Part shown: piece after piece, positions 34,993-44,561 of the stretch
Layout: the number at the start of each line of letters is the position of its first letter
Numbering within the stretch: the stretch's first letter is position 1
Assembly: GCA_013694995.1 (NCBI GenBank)
Contig: JACDBH010000001.1
Location: 2,145-66,144 of the forward strand
DNA length: 64,000 nucleotides
Direction: 5' to 3'
Origin: Candidatus Saccharimonadota bacterium
GTDB lineage: Bacteria; Patescibacteriota; Saccharimonadia; Saccharimonadales; JACDBH01
Program-made: the position numbers and the translations under genes
Notes under the pieces: model-generated
Databases searched by the model: none
What the model was told of the DNA's origin: nothing
The model's input: only the letters and a program-made list of their open reading frames with translations

Positions 34993-36744
34993 ATGGATGC
35001 GGTTGCGGAGGTTAAGGCACGGTTATCGATTGAAGACGTTATAGGTGAGTACGTCCAGCTTAAGCGTGCCGGCAGGAACTTAAAAGGCCTGAGCCCATTC
35101 GGCAATGAAAAAACTGCTAGTTTTATGGTTAGTCCCGAGAAGCAGATCTGGCACGATTTTAGCTCGGGCAAGGGCGGCGATATGTTTAGTTTTATCCAGG
35201 AAGTCGAGGGGTTGGATTTTAAGGAAACCCTAGAACTACTCGCTCGCAAAGCCGGGGTAGACCTTGAACAATTTAAGGGGCAATCCAAAGGCAACTCCAA
35301 AGAAAAGGAACGGCTGTACGAAGTATTGGAACTAGCTAGTAGGTTTTACCAGACACAGCTCCGCAATAGCCGCCAAGCGCTCGAATACCTATTAAAAAAG
35401 CGAGCTTTCAGTAAAGAAACGGTCTTGTTGTTCAAACTTGGCTATTCGCCCAACACCGGTGATGCTTTGTATACATTTTTGAAGAGCAAAGGCTTTAGCG
35501 AGCCGGAAATGACCCGTGCCGGATTGGTGACCAAACGCTACCGGGGGCCAGGCGACATGTTCCGCGGCCGGATTATGGTACCTCTGAGCGATGCTCAAGG
35601 CCGTGTAGTCGGTTTTACCGCCCGGTTACTCCTAGACGATCCCGATGCGCCTAAATATATCAATACACCTTCAACTCTGCTCTATGACAAAGGCCGTCAG
35701 GTGTATGGTTTGCATCTTGCGAAGGATGCTATACGTAAAATTGGCTTCGGGGTAGTAGTAGAAGGCAATTTGGACGTTATCGCAAGCCATCAGGCCGGCG
35801 TCCAAAACGTGGTGGCCGCCGCCGGCACAGCCCTAACTGAGTCTCATCTCAAGGACCTGAGCCGCTTTGCCGGCGATATCCGCTTTGCATTCGACAGCGA
35901 CCGGGCTGGTATAAATGCGACCGAACGGGCTATACCACTGGCACAAAAGGTAGGGGTGAACGTCAGCATTATAGATATACCCGGTGGCAAGGATCCGGAT
36001 GAGTTGGTGCGCAAGGATCCGAAATTGTGGCAGAACGCTATCGACAAGCACCAATATGCAGTCGATTGGCTGATTGACCGCTACAGCAAGCTACTGGATA
36101 CCACTACCGGCAAGGGTAAGCGGGAATTTATCGATGCGATATTAGGTGTTATTAGGAATCTTACTAACAGCGTCGAGCAAGACCATTACATTGATGTGCT
36201 AGCCAAAAAAATTGACGTTAGCCGAGCGGCGGTTTCGGCCAAATTGCATGAAAAACCTAAAAGCTTAGTGCGACTTAAAAAAGCGGCTAAAACACCTGAA
36301 CAGGAAAGTAAAAGTCTTATCGACCAGCGTAAAGCCGAGCAGCACCTGGTGGCGCTGATGCTCATGCAACCAAGCATTCGCGAACATGTTAAACTGGCGA
36401 CCGCCGACATGTTCACGCTAGACTCGGCGCGTGAACTGTTTACTTTTATCAAGGAACACCCCGACTTTGCTGGAGACTCAAATGCGTTAAAACCATTGCA
36501 ATCCATCGCCGATTATGTAAAAATTACTATATTACAGTTCGATGAACTATACCGCACGCTCGAGACGATAGAACTTCAATACGAAGCCGCTCGATTGCAA
36601 GAACGCCTGGTAACACAATACGTAAAACAGCAAAAAAAAGTCACTTCTGAACAATTGGCAGAGGCAGATGATGCCACTGCTCATAAGTTGTTAGAGCAAG
36701 ACAAGATATTAAACAACCTCTTAAACCAAGTAAAACGGAGTTAA
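34993..36744 (+). CDS. dnaG: DNA primase
   Basis: IEDVIGEYVQLKRAGRNLKGL.PF.NEKT.SF.VSPEKQ N-terminal fold, TOPRIM (VVVEGNLDVIASHQAG, FDSDRAG, GKDPDE). ATG 34993 is preferred to the ORF-track TTG at 34978. Confidence 0.9.
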   Translation: MDAVAEVKARLSIEDVIGEYVQLKRAGRNLKGLSPFGNEKTASFMVSPEKQIWHDFSSGKGGDMFSFIQEVEGLDFKETLELLARKAGVDLEQFKGQSKGNSKEKERLYEVLELASRFYQTQLRNSRQALEYLLKKRAFSKETVLLFKLGYSPNTGDALYTFLKSKGFSEPEMTRAGLVTKRYRGPGDMFRGRIMVPLSDAQGRVVGFTARLLLDDPDAPKYINTPSTLLYDKGRQVYGLHLAKDAIRKIGFGVVVEGNLDVIASHQAGVQNVVAAAGTALTESHLKDLSRFAGDIRFAFDSDRAGINATERAIPLAQKVGVNVSIIDIPGGKDPDELVRKDPKLWQNAIDKHQYAVDWLIDRYSKLLDTTTGKGKREFIDAILGVIRNLTNSVEQDHYIDVLAKKIDVSRAAVSAKLHEKPKSLVRLKKAAKTPEQESKSLIDQRKAEQHLVALMLMQPSIREHVKLATADMFTLDSARELFTFIKEHPDFAGDSNALKPLQSIADYVKITILQFDELYRTLETIELQYEAARLQERLVTQYVKQQKKVTSEQLAEADDATAHKLLEQDKILNNLLNQVKRS

Positions 36745-36747
36745 ATA

Positions 36748-37863
36748 ATGCCCGATGACAAAGCCGCCAAAGAAGCTGCATTAAAAGTTGCCAAAGACAC
36801 CTTGCTTGCCAAGGGCAAAAAAGCCGGCAAGCTGGACCAGCGCGATATTTTTGCCGCTATTGCTGATACGCCCGATAATGTCGATATTTTGGACCAGCTT
36901 TATACCGAACTGAGTGATGCTTCGGTGGAGTTAATCGGTGCCACCGATCCAACACCAGAGGATTTCAGCGATGAGTGGGCTCTAGAGGACGGCGAAGAAA
37001 TAGTTCTTGATGACAAAGTCTACCTAGATGACATCGCCGATGACTCGGTTCGTTTGTATTTACGTGAAATTGGTAAGATCCCTCTTCTTACAGCCGAGCA
37101 GGAGCTGGCTCTTGCCCAGCGCGTTGTATCAGGTGAAAAGAAGGCCAAGGACGAAATGGCAGAGGCCAACATGCGTCTAGTCGTCAGTATCGCCAAGCGA
37201 TACGTCGGCCGCGGCTTGGATCTACTAGACCTTATCCAAGAAGGCAACACAGGACTCCTGCGCGCAGTAGAAAAGTTTGACCCGGACAAAGGTTTTAAAT
37301 TTTCTACTTATGCTACGTGGTGGATCCGCCAAGCTATTACCCGCGCTATCGCCGACCAGGCCCGCACCATTCGCATCCCGGTGCATATGGTCGAGACTAT
37401 CAATAAGCTGCTGCGTACTCAGCGTCGTCTTACCCAGGAGCTAAACCGCGAACCATCTAATGAAGAAATCGCCAAAGAGATGGAAATAGAAGTCGACAAA
37501 GTTGAGCACATCATGAAGATTAAGCAAGATATCAGCAGTTTAGACGCTTCCGTGCGTGATGACGAAGAAGATTCTGTTCTTGGTGACTTCATCGAGGATG
37601 AGGATACGGTTAGCCCCGAGGAATCAGCTGCCGGGCAGCTTTTAAAGGAGCAAGTTAAAGATTTGCTTGGTAGCCTCACAGAACGCGAACAGAAGATTTT
37701 GAAGCTCCGCTTTGGTCTAGAAGACGGCAAGAGCCACACGTTAGAGGAAGTCGGCCAGGAATTCTCAGTCACCCGAGAACGCATCCGCCAAATCGAGGCC
37801 AAGGCTCTTGCCAAACTCCGCAAACACAAAGACAGTAAAAAACTCCTGGATTACATAAAATAA
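36748..37863 (+). CDS. rpoD: RNA polymerase sigma factor (primary, sigma70 family)
   Basis: Region 2 ([44 protein letters not shown]), region 3 and region 4 ([24 protein letters not shown]). Confidence 0.92.
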   Translation: MPDDKAAKEAALKVAKDTLLAKGKKAGKLDQRDIFAAIADTPDNVDILDQLYTELSDASVELIGATDPTPEDFSDEWALEDGEEIVLDDKVYLDDIADDSVRLYLREIGKIPLLTAEQELALAQRVVSGEKKAKDEMAEANMRLVVSIAKRYVGRGLDLLDLIQEGNTGLLRAVEKFDPDKGFKFSTYATWWIRQAITRAIADQARTIRIPVHMVETINKLLRTQRRLTQELNREPSNEEIAKEMEIEVDKVEHIMKIKQDISSLDASVRDDEEDSVLGDFIEDEDTVSPEESAAGQLLKEQVKDLLGSLTEREQKILKLRFGLEDGKSHTLEEVGQEFSVTRERIRQIEAKALAKLRKHKDSKKLLDYIK

Positions 37864-37867
37864 CCCT

Positions 37868-38434
37868 ATGATAATTGGACTTTCAGGAACATTTGCCAGC
37901 GGCAAGGACACTTTGGCGCATTTTTTGTTGCAGAACCATAATTTTATGCACGTTTCGACGGGCGACATGGTTCGGGCTGTTGCGGAGGCAGAATATGGTA
38001 ATACCGAGCGTCCAACTCTTGTTAAGACAGCTAATGAGTTACGTGAAAAGCGCGGACCAGGCGTTTTGGCTGAACTTGCAATAGAGCGCTACGAACTGCA
38101 AAAAAAGAACTACAGCGGCATAGTCATTAGCGGCGTACGCAGCTTAGGGGAGGCAAATGTTATCCAAGCCAAGGCAGGCATTATTGTGTTTACAGATGCG
38201 CCAGTCGAAGTCCGTTTTGAACGGATTAAAAACCGTCAGCGGGCACACGAGGAACAGTTATCTCTAGAAGATTTTAAAAACAGCGAAATCGTCGAATCTA
38301 ACATTAATCATGACAACCCTGCCGTTCAAGATATTTCTGGAGTTAGAGAGCTAGCAGACATTATTGTATCCAATAACAACAATGTCGAAGCATTTTATGA
38401 AGAAGCCGAACAAAAACTTGGGCTGTCTGTATAG
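37868..38434 (+). CDS. P-loop nucleotide kinase family protein (dephospho-CoA kinase / dNMP kinase-like)
   Basis: MIIGLSGTFASGKDT Walker A at the extreme N-terminus; 188 aa. The substrate cannot be assigned from sequence alone. Confidence 0.5.
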   Translation: MIIGLSGTFASGKDTLAHFLLQNHNFMHVSTGDMVRAVAEAEYGNTERPTLVKTANELREKRGPGVLAELAIERYELQKKNYSGIVISGVRSLGEANVIQAKAGIIVFTDAPVEVRFERIKNRQRAHEEQLSLEDFKNSEIVESNINHDNPAVQDISGVRELADIIVSNNNNVEAFYEEAEQKLGLSV

Positions 38435-38450
38435 CTACTGGTCGAGCTAA

Positions 38451-38479
38451 TTGACTTTTTAACATAAGTGTGATATATT
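38451..38479 (+). promoter_or_regulatory. sigma70-type promoter TTGACT-17-TATATT
   Basis: TTGACT 38451-38456, 17-nt spacer, TATATT 38474-38479; 25 nt upstream of ATG 38505. Confidence 0.55.
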
Positions 38480-38504
38480 TATACTGTTAAGTTAAAATAA
38501 ACAT

Positions 38505-39224
38505 ATGGATAAAACACTCTCAGAACAAATGCTTCCTACGCCTCATATTGCCGAGGCGGCTGAAAGTGTTGAGTTGAATCCTGAAGTTGAAAAACTTTAT
38601 CTAGCATCCGTTAACGCCGAAGCGAATCTGATTAAGAATGGGGTTGATCCACGTATCTTGCCGATGGCTGGACAGGCAATCAAGCATGCTGAAACTGCCA
38701 GGGAGAACATTACCGATCCTCTAACCGGCCTGCTTAACCGCCGTGGCATGGATTTATGGATGGAGCGCAATAAGCCCGAAGTTTTTGGCGTAATTTTTGC
38801 TGATGGACGAAACTTTAAGCAGTACAACAATATCAGTTATGATGCCGGTAATGCCGTCATCGAGAAAATTGGAACGGAAATAGCCGGTAAGTTACGCATT
38901 ACTGAATCAGAGGAAGAAATAAAAGAGAAGCGTAGTGATCCAGACGCACGCGATGCGCTCGGTATTATGCGCTTTGGTGGTGATGAATTCATGATTGTCG
39001 TTGACCTAAGCACAATTGATCTGGATAAACGTGAAGCTATTCTAGACACTATAAAGGCACGCCTCCATGACTTTGGACAGTATAAAGATGCGGCTAAGGG
39101 CATAGATTTACCTATCCAAGTCGATGCTGTCGCTAAAATTGGCTACAGTGCCGATAATAAGTCTCTTGATGAATACCGCAATGAACTTGATGCTGAGCTT
39201 AAACAAGTCAAGCTTGTTAACTAG
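38505..39224 (+). CDS. GGDEF domain protein (putative diguanylate cyclase) without sensor domain
   Basis: DPLTGLLNRRG, FADGRNFKQYN and RFGGDEFMIVV (GGDEF at 38976-38990). No RxxD I-site at the usual position. 239 aa. Confidence 0.75.
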   Translation: MDKTLSEQMLPTPHIAEAAESVELNPEVEKLYLASVNAEANLIKNGVDPRILPMAGQAIKHAETARENITDPLTGLLNRRGMDLWMERNKPEVFGVIFADGRNFKQYNNISYDAGNAVIEKIGTEIAGKLRITESEEEIKEKRSDPDARDALGIMRFGGDEFMIVVDLSTIDLDKREAILDTIKARLHDFGQYKDAAKGIDLPIQVDAVAKIGYSADNKSLDEYRNELDAELKQVKLVN

Positions 39225-39236
39225 CAGTAAATAAAC

Positions 39237-39265
39237 TTGCTATTTGTAAGCTTTAGACTTATAAA
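39237..39265 (+). promoter_or_regulatory. sigma70-type promoter TTGCTA-17-TATAAA (leaderless configuration)
   Basis: TTGCTA 39237-39242, 17-nt spacer, TATAAA 39260-39265, then 6 nt to ATG 39272. Confidence 0.55.
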
Positions 39266-39271
39266 GAACCC

Positions 39272-39790
39272 ATGAGTTTATTTGAATCTGTCCACCCGTT
39301 AGGACAAGAGGTAGAAACTATCCAGAGTGCACTCGCTGCAGGGTTGATAAGCGATGACTTAAAGCTACCAGAGCATCTTCGAATTGCCTATACTGATCCA
39401 CTAACATCTGGGGATGGTGTAGGAGTTTTACGTATAGCGGACTGGCAGACAGATAATGTAACCCAAGTTTTGTTTCCTATTTTGCCGAATGTCGAAGATA
39501 CGACATGGGAAATCCATAGTAATGAAGGGCCGTTATCTGTCAGGCAAAGAATATTTACTAGAGATGTATTGGGGCGCAACTTTCCAGTAACACTTAATAA
39601 AAATCCAGTTGAAACACCATATCTACAATTTGACCTGGTTGATGAGGGCGTTGTTTTTTCTGTACAAGATCAAGATGAACAAAAAGTAGCCTTTGGTGGA
39701 TTTGAAAGTGAATGCTATGAGATGCTGGCTAAATTGGCCCGTCATACATCAAGCATAAGAGCAGTACTGCAGTTAGCTATAGAATACTAA
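39272..39790 (+). CDS. hypothetical protein (172 aa), possible degenerate PilZ-like C-terminal half
   Basis: RQRIFTR (RxxxR) followed 23 aa later by DLVDEG then VVFSV, which resembles the PilZ RxxxR...D/NxSxxG signature with Ser replaced by Val. Weak, motif-level evidence only. Confidence 0.5.
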   Translation: MSLFESVHPLGQEVETIQSALAAGLISDDLKLPEHLRIAYTDPLTSGDGVGVLRIADWQTDNVTQVLFPILPNVEDTTWEIHSNEGPLSVRQRIFTRDVLGRNFPVTLNKNPVETPYLQFDLVDEGVVFSVQDQDEQKVAFGGFESECYEMLAKLARHTSSIRAVLQLAIEY

Positions 39791-39802
39791 GAGCTTATGT
39801 TT

Positions 39803-39829
39803 TTGTATTAACTTCTTACGGCGTATAAT
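39803..39829 (+). promoter_or_regulatory. candidate promoter with perfect -10 TATAAT (weak -35)
   Basis: TATAAT 39824-39829, 7 nt before ATG 39837. The best -35 candidates (TTGTAT/TTTGTA) have non-optimal spacing. Confidence 0.4.
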
Positions 39830-39836
39830 TTATCTA

Positions 39837-40052
39837 ATGGCTGAAGGTAGAGTGCGGAATTTGCTTGAGAGAAGTGCTATGGCGCGTACATTAGCTGTAT
39901 ATGGTGTTCTGGCGTCAGTGGTTAGTGTAGCGGGGGTTACTGATATTTATCCTAAAGGGGAGCGCCCACATTATGAAGAGAAAGATGAAAACATCCCACT
40001 GGCGACGTATGTGCCGATAACTGTGGAGTTGGGGGAGGTGGGGAGTGGCTGA
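39837..40052 (+). CDS. hypothetical small protein (71 aa)
   Basis: ORF starting 7 nt after a TATAAT box. One hydrophobic segment. Its 3' end carries the polA SD and overlaps the polA GTG by 8 nt. Confidence 0.4.
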   Translation: MAEGRVRNLLERSAMARTLAVYGVLASVVSVAGVTDIYPKGERPHYEEKDENIPLATYVPITVELGEVGSG

Positions 40053-42714
40053 TGCTATACGGAAGAAACTAGCGATTATTGATGGTAAGTCGGTGTTTTA
40101 CCGCGGTTATTATGCCATGCCAAATTTGAGTACGGCCGATGGTACGCCTACAGGTGGTGTTTACGGCTTTGCAGCTATGAGTTTGGAGCTAATTAAGAAG
40201 TTAAAACCGGACTACGTAGCGGTTGCATGGGATAAGCCAAAAACTAACATACGCTCGCGACTGGCAATTTATCCGCAGTACAAGGCGGGCCGCAAGGCAG
40301 CGCCGCCGGATTTCTACGCCCAGATCCCGATTTTGCATGATCTACTCAAGGCATTTAGCTGGCCGCTGTACGAGTATGACGATTACGAAGCCGACGACAT
40401 TATGTGTACGCTCGCCAAGAACGCACACAAACAGGGGCTCGAGACGATGCTAATAACATCGGATCTGGATGCTTTGCAGTGCATCGACGAGCATACGCAT
40501 GTGTATGTACTCAAAAAAGGCTTCAGCAACATTGAGCGTTTTGATATTGAACACTTCGAAGAAAAACATGGCATCAAAATCGATCAGTTCTTAGACCTAA
40601 AGTCCCTAAAAGGCGATAGCTCAGATAATATTCCTGGAGTTCCCGGCATTGGTGAAAAAACCGCTGTGCAGCTTCTGCAACAATACGAGACACTAGACGG
40701 GATTTATGAAAACCTGGGACTGCTCAAAGATTCTTTGCGATTAAAACTTGAGTCTGGAAAAGAATCAGCCCTGATGAGTAAAAAGATTGCCCGGCTGTTT
40801 GATGATGCGCCGGTGCCACTCGACCTTGAGGGCATGGATGTGCGTGATCTTGATGTCGGCAAACTAAAAAGTATTTTACAGACCTTAGAGTTCCGGAGCT
40901 TGCTGAGAAACTTGCCAGATTATATGCAGGTTGTTAGTGGTAACAATCTACAAACCGAGAGTGTGAAATTAAATATCAGAGAAGTTGAAGATCTCAAGAC
41001 AGTTTTAATTGACTCAGATGAAAAATTGGAGAGTTTGAATTTAGATGGAAATGAAACTGTTATTCATTCGCTATCAGCAGGTACCCACGGCAAAGAACCG
41101 CAGGTATTAATACTCGCTGATAGCCAGACAGCTTATGTGATTAACATGGCTAAAATTTCAAAAAAATCTATTGTTACTAATTTCCCAACTATAAAATCAC
41201 TCGTTGGCTATGACACCAAAGCATCATTAAAAGTTTTATTAGAGCTAGGCATAGATTTGCCAAGAGTCAGTCATGACGTGCTTGTCGGCGGGTTTTTAAT
41301 TAATTCAATTAGGCGAGAACATACATTAACAGAGCTTGCATTTAGCGACTTAGGCTACGAAGGGGCAAATTTAGATAATATGCCGCCGGAAGAGCTAATG
41401 GAAAAGGCTGGTACGGTTGCGGCTGTGATTTTAGCTATAAAAAACTTTCAGGCCGAAAGCATGAGTGAGCTGACAAAAATGATTCAGCTAACTGAACAAG
41501 TAGAATGGCCCGTAATCCCAGTTTTAGCAAGAATGGAGTGGCAGGGTATCGGTCTAAATAAGCCTTATCTGTCTGATATGAGTGTAGAATTAACAGATAA
41601 AATTAGCGACATTGAACAAACTATTTATGGCTTTGCTGACCAGGAATTTAATATTTCCAGCCCAAGCCAATTATCAGATATATTGTTTGATAAATTAAAT
41701 TTACCGACTTCTGTATCTAAAAAAGGTAAAGCTGGGCATTTTAGTACTGCTACCGATGTCCTTCAAAAACTAAAAGGACTACATCCGATTGTTGAAAGCA
41801 TAGAGCAATACCGCGAGTTTACTAAGTTAAAAAGTACTTATGTGGATACGTTGCCAAAACAAACTGATGAAAACTCTAGAGTTCATACTACTTTCAACCT
41901 GACAATAGCCGCAACGGGGCGTTTAAGTTCGGTTGATCCTAATTTGCAGAATATTCCTGTAAGAACTGAAGTTGGTAAAAAAATCCGGACAGCTTTTGTG
42001 GCTAAGCCCGGATTTGTATTTGTTAGCGCTGATTATTCCCAGTTTGAACTGAGGCTGGCAGCAGCGTTAAGCTCCGACCAAGACATGATAGATGCTTTTA
42101 ATAATGACCAGGACATTCATCAGCTTACTGCGGCTGCCGTTTTAAACATCAAACCAGAGGAAGTTACCAAAGACATGCGATATCGCGCCAAGGCTGTAAA
42201 CTTTGGGATATTATATGGGCAGGGGCCACACGGTTTGGCTGCCGGAACTGGCATGGGGTTTGGCGAGGCGAAGGATTTTATCACTAAATATTTTATGATA
42301 AGGCCAAAACTTAAGGAATACCTAGACAGCTTACGCGAACAGGCAAAAAATAAGGGTTTTGTAGAAACATTACTTGGCCGGCGGCGTCCAACGCCTGATG
42401 CCCAAAGCAGTAACCACATGGTGCGAGAGGGTGCACTCCGGGCAGCTGTAAACATGCCGATACAAGGAACGGCCGCTGACCTGACTAAGCTTGCCATGGT
42501 TGCCGTGGACGGCAAGTTTAAAGCTGAAGGAATAAAGTTCAAAGAAGAACCTCGCCAGCTTTTGCAAATTCACGACTCCATCATGGTTGAGTGCAGAAAA
42601 GAAGACGCCGAAGTAGTCAGTAAAATTATGAAAGAAACAATGGAAAATATTTACAAGCTGCCCGTTAAATTGAAGGCTGACATATCGGTCGGCAATAATT
42701 GGGGCGAGCTATAA
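40045..42714 (+). CDS. polA: DNA polymerase I
   Basis: 889 aa. 5' nuclease domain (LAIIDGKSVFYRGYYA, GDSSDNIPGVPGIGEKTA) and Pol A motifs (VSADYSQFELRLAA, RYRAKAVNFGILYG, QIHDSIMVE). GTG start preceded by GGGAGG. Confidence 0.96.
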   Translation: MADAIRKKLAIIDGKSVFYRGYYAMPNLSTADGTPTGGVYGFAAMSLELIKKLKPDYVAVAWDKPKTNIRSRLAIYPQYKAGRKAAPPDFYAQIPILHDLLKAFSWPLYEYDDYEADDIMCTLAKNAHKQGLETMLITSDLDALQCIDEHTHVYVLKKGFSNIERFDIEHFEEKHGIKIDQFLDLKSLKGDSSDNIPGVPGIGEKTAVQLLQQYETLDGIYENLGLLKDSLRLKLESGKESALMSKKIARLFDDAPVPLDLEGMDVRDLDVGKLKSILQTLEFRSLLRNLPDYMQVVSGNNLQTESVKLNIREVEDLKTVLIDSDEKLESLNLDGNETVIHSLSAGTHGKEPQVLILADSQTAYVINMAKISKKSIVTNFPTIKSLVGYDTKASLKVLLELGIDLPRVSHDVLVGGFLINSIRREHTLTELAFSDLGYEGANLDNMPPEELMEKAGTVAAVILAIKNFQAESMSELTKMIQLTEQVEWPVIPVLARMEWQGIGLNKPYLSDMSVELTDKISDIEQTIYGFADQEFNISSPSQLSDILFDKLNLPTSVSKKGKAGHFSTATDVLQKLKGLHPIVESIEQYREFTKLKSTYVDTLPKQTDENSRVHTTFNLTIAATGRLSSVDPNLQNIPVRTEVGKKIRTAFVAKPGFVFVSADYSQFELRLAAALSSDQDMIDAFNNDQDIHQLTAAAVLNIKPEEVTKDMRYRAKAVNFGILYGQGPHGLAAGTGMGFGEAKDFITKYFMIRPKLKEYLDSLREQAKNKGFVETLLGRRRPTPDAQSSNHMVREGALRAAVNMPIQGTAADLTKLAMVAVDGKFKAEGIKFKEEPRQLLQIHDSIMVECRKEDAEVVSKIMKETMENIYKLPVKLKADISVGNNWGEL

Positions 42715-43379
42715 TGAAACGCTGGCTTAAAGATAATTCACTCAGCTTAGTTATGGGGATTTTATTCTTGATTTTCTTAAGCGGACATAGCCTGACAGGG
42801 CAGCGGCTTTATAACGAAGAACAATTGGAGCATGGCCAGCAGAAAGTAACATATTCTGAATATATAGGCTCTAGTGATTTCATTGAATCCGTCTTTGAAA
42901 ACTGGGAAAGTGAGTTCTTGCAGATGGGGGCATACGTAGCGCTGACGGTATTTTTATACCAAAAGGGCTCGGCTGAATCGAAAAAACTAATTGGGCGTGA
43001 GGCTGTGGATCAGAAGCCTAAGAAATCAAGTAATAAATATGCTCCATGGCCGGTACGTAAAGGTGGTGTGGTACTGAAGATATACGAAAATTCGTTGCTC
43101 ATCTCGTTTATATTACTTTTCCTCATGTCATTCTTCTTGCACGCTTATGGTGGGGCGCAGGCGACAACCGAAGAGTATATAGCACACGGCGAGGATCGTG
43201 TGGTCAGTACAGCGGAATACATGACAACTTCTAAGTTCTGGTTTGAATCATTCCAGAACTGGCAGAGCGAATTTTTAGCTGTATTTTCTATTGTCGTATT
43301 GAGCATTTGGCTCCGCCAAAAGGGCTCACCGGAATCCAAGCCTGTTAATTCGGCGTATTCGGAAACCGGCAGTTCATGA
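42714..43379 (+). CDS. DUF6766-like membrane protein (internal duplication)
   Basis: Two repeats of the ...FENWESEFLQMGAYV...KGSAESK / ...FQNWQSEFLAVFSIV...KGSPESK pattern. The ATG overlaps the polA stop (TAATG). Confidence 0.6.
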   Translation: MKRWLKDNSLSLVMGILFLIFLSGHSLTGQRLYNEEQLEHGQQKVTYSEYIGSSDFIESVFENWESEFLQMGAYVALTVFLYQKGSAESKKLIGREAVDQKPKKSSNKYAPWPVRKGGVVLKIYENSLLISFILLFLMSFFLHAYGGAQATTEEYIAHGEDRVVSTAEYMTTSKFWFESFQNWQSEFLAVFSIVVLSIWLRQKGSPESKPVNSAYSETGSS

Positions 43380-43963
43380 TAAAAGCTATAATATTTGATT
43401 GTTTTGATGTTGTTTTAAGTGACGGGTTTGAGGCTGCGTATGCTAAGTTTGGCGGAGACTCAACTAAGGATAGGGAGTTTTTACACCAGCTAATCCAGGA
43501 CGTTTCGAGTGGCAAGATTGACGGTTCGTCATCTATAATCGCACTGCGGCTTGGTATTACAGAAGCTGAATGGCGAGAAGCTAATTTTGCCGGCTATGTC
43601 ATCAATACGCCGCTGCTGGACTATGCCTTAGAATTAAAAAAGACATATAAGCTCGCAATGTTATCCAACGTCGGCAAGGGCGGATTGAAGCGTTTTTTTG
43701 ACCCTGGTTTTTTAGAACGCTATTTTGATCCTGTAGTTGAGTCAGCCGCTATTGGTTATGCTAAACCCGAAGCCCGCGCCTACGAAATCGTAGCAGGTAT
43801 GCTAGGAGTTCGCTTAGACGAATGTGTATTTATTGATGATAGGCAAGAGTACGTGGATGGCGCCACTGCTGTGGGCATGCAGGCGGTACTTTATAAGTCG
43901 GTCAGCCAACTCCGAGATGATATAAATAATATTCTTGAGGAGGGAGATGAAAATGGAAAATAA
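43376..43963 (+). CDS. HAD-IA family hydrolase
   Basis: MIKAIIFDCFDVVL (motif I, DxF variant), MLSNVGKG, FIDDRQEYVDGA. ATGA overlap with the upstream gene. Confidence 0.75.
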   Translation: MIKAIIFDCFDVVLSDGFEAAYAKFGGDSTKDREFLHQLIQDVSSGKIDGSSSIIALRLGITEAEWREANFAGYVINTPLLDYALELKKTYKLAMLSNVGKGGLKRFFDPGFLERYFDPVVESAAIGYAKPEARAYEIVAGMLGVRLDECVFIDDRQEYVDGATAVGMQAVLYKSVSQLRDDINNILEEGDENGK

Positions 43964-44561
43964 TGAAACTTTCGATACTCATAATCGTTCAGCCAAACAA
44001 CTTGCCAAATACTTTAAAGGCATTGGCCCGCGTATAAGGCATATTGAATTCGCGCTTGAACAGGCTGGTAAAAATGACGGTTCTGCAAGCGTATTAGAAA
44101 TTGGGTGTGGCGATGGACGGGATGCTGTTGAAATAATAAAAAGATGCCGTTTGTATACGGGGATCGATTATTCAGTAGGCCTAATTGGTCTTGCTAAGGA
44201 ACTTTTACCGGCAGCGGATTTCAGGGTAGTGGATATGCAGAATTTTGATTATCCGTATAAAACCTATGATGTAGTTTTTGCCTTTGCCTCAATACTACAT
44301 ATAGACAAGGCAAGCCTACGCGATCTTATGAATGTTGTAGCCAGATCTCTAAAAATTGGCGGTATATTTTATATTTCAACTAAACAAGCTGACCGCTATA
44401 AAAAAGAATGGAAAGAGGACAAACACGGCCATCGTTTGTTCTATTTCTATAGTCCAAAACTTCTTGCACGACTAGCAGCGAATAATTTTGAGGTAGCTTC
44501 GGTAGAATTAGAAGTCAAAAATGGTAAACCATGGATAGAAATGGCATTACGAAGAAAATGA
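43947..44561 (+). CDS. class I SAM-dependent methyltransferase
   Basis: VLEIGCGDGRD motif I. ATG 43947 is preceded by GAGGAGGGAG; the ORF-track TTG at 43935 is less likely. Confidence 0.8.
   Translation: MKMENNETFDTHNRSAKQLAKYFKGIGPRIRHIEFALEQAGKNDGSASVLEIGCGDGRDAVEIIKRCRLYTGIDYSVGLIGLAKELLPAADFRVVDMQNFDYPYKTYDVVFAFASILHIDKASLRDLMNVVARSLKIGGIFYISTKQADRYKKEWKEDKHGHRLFYFYSPKLLARLAANNFEVASVELEVKNGKPWIEMALRRK

Noticed and set aside
40031-40047. The polA SD region GGGGGAGGTGGGGAG as a third target of the C-rich element.
   Set aside because: Only about 7 contiguous complementary bases (GGTGGGG), which is within chance expectation for a G-rich RBS.
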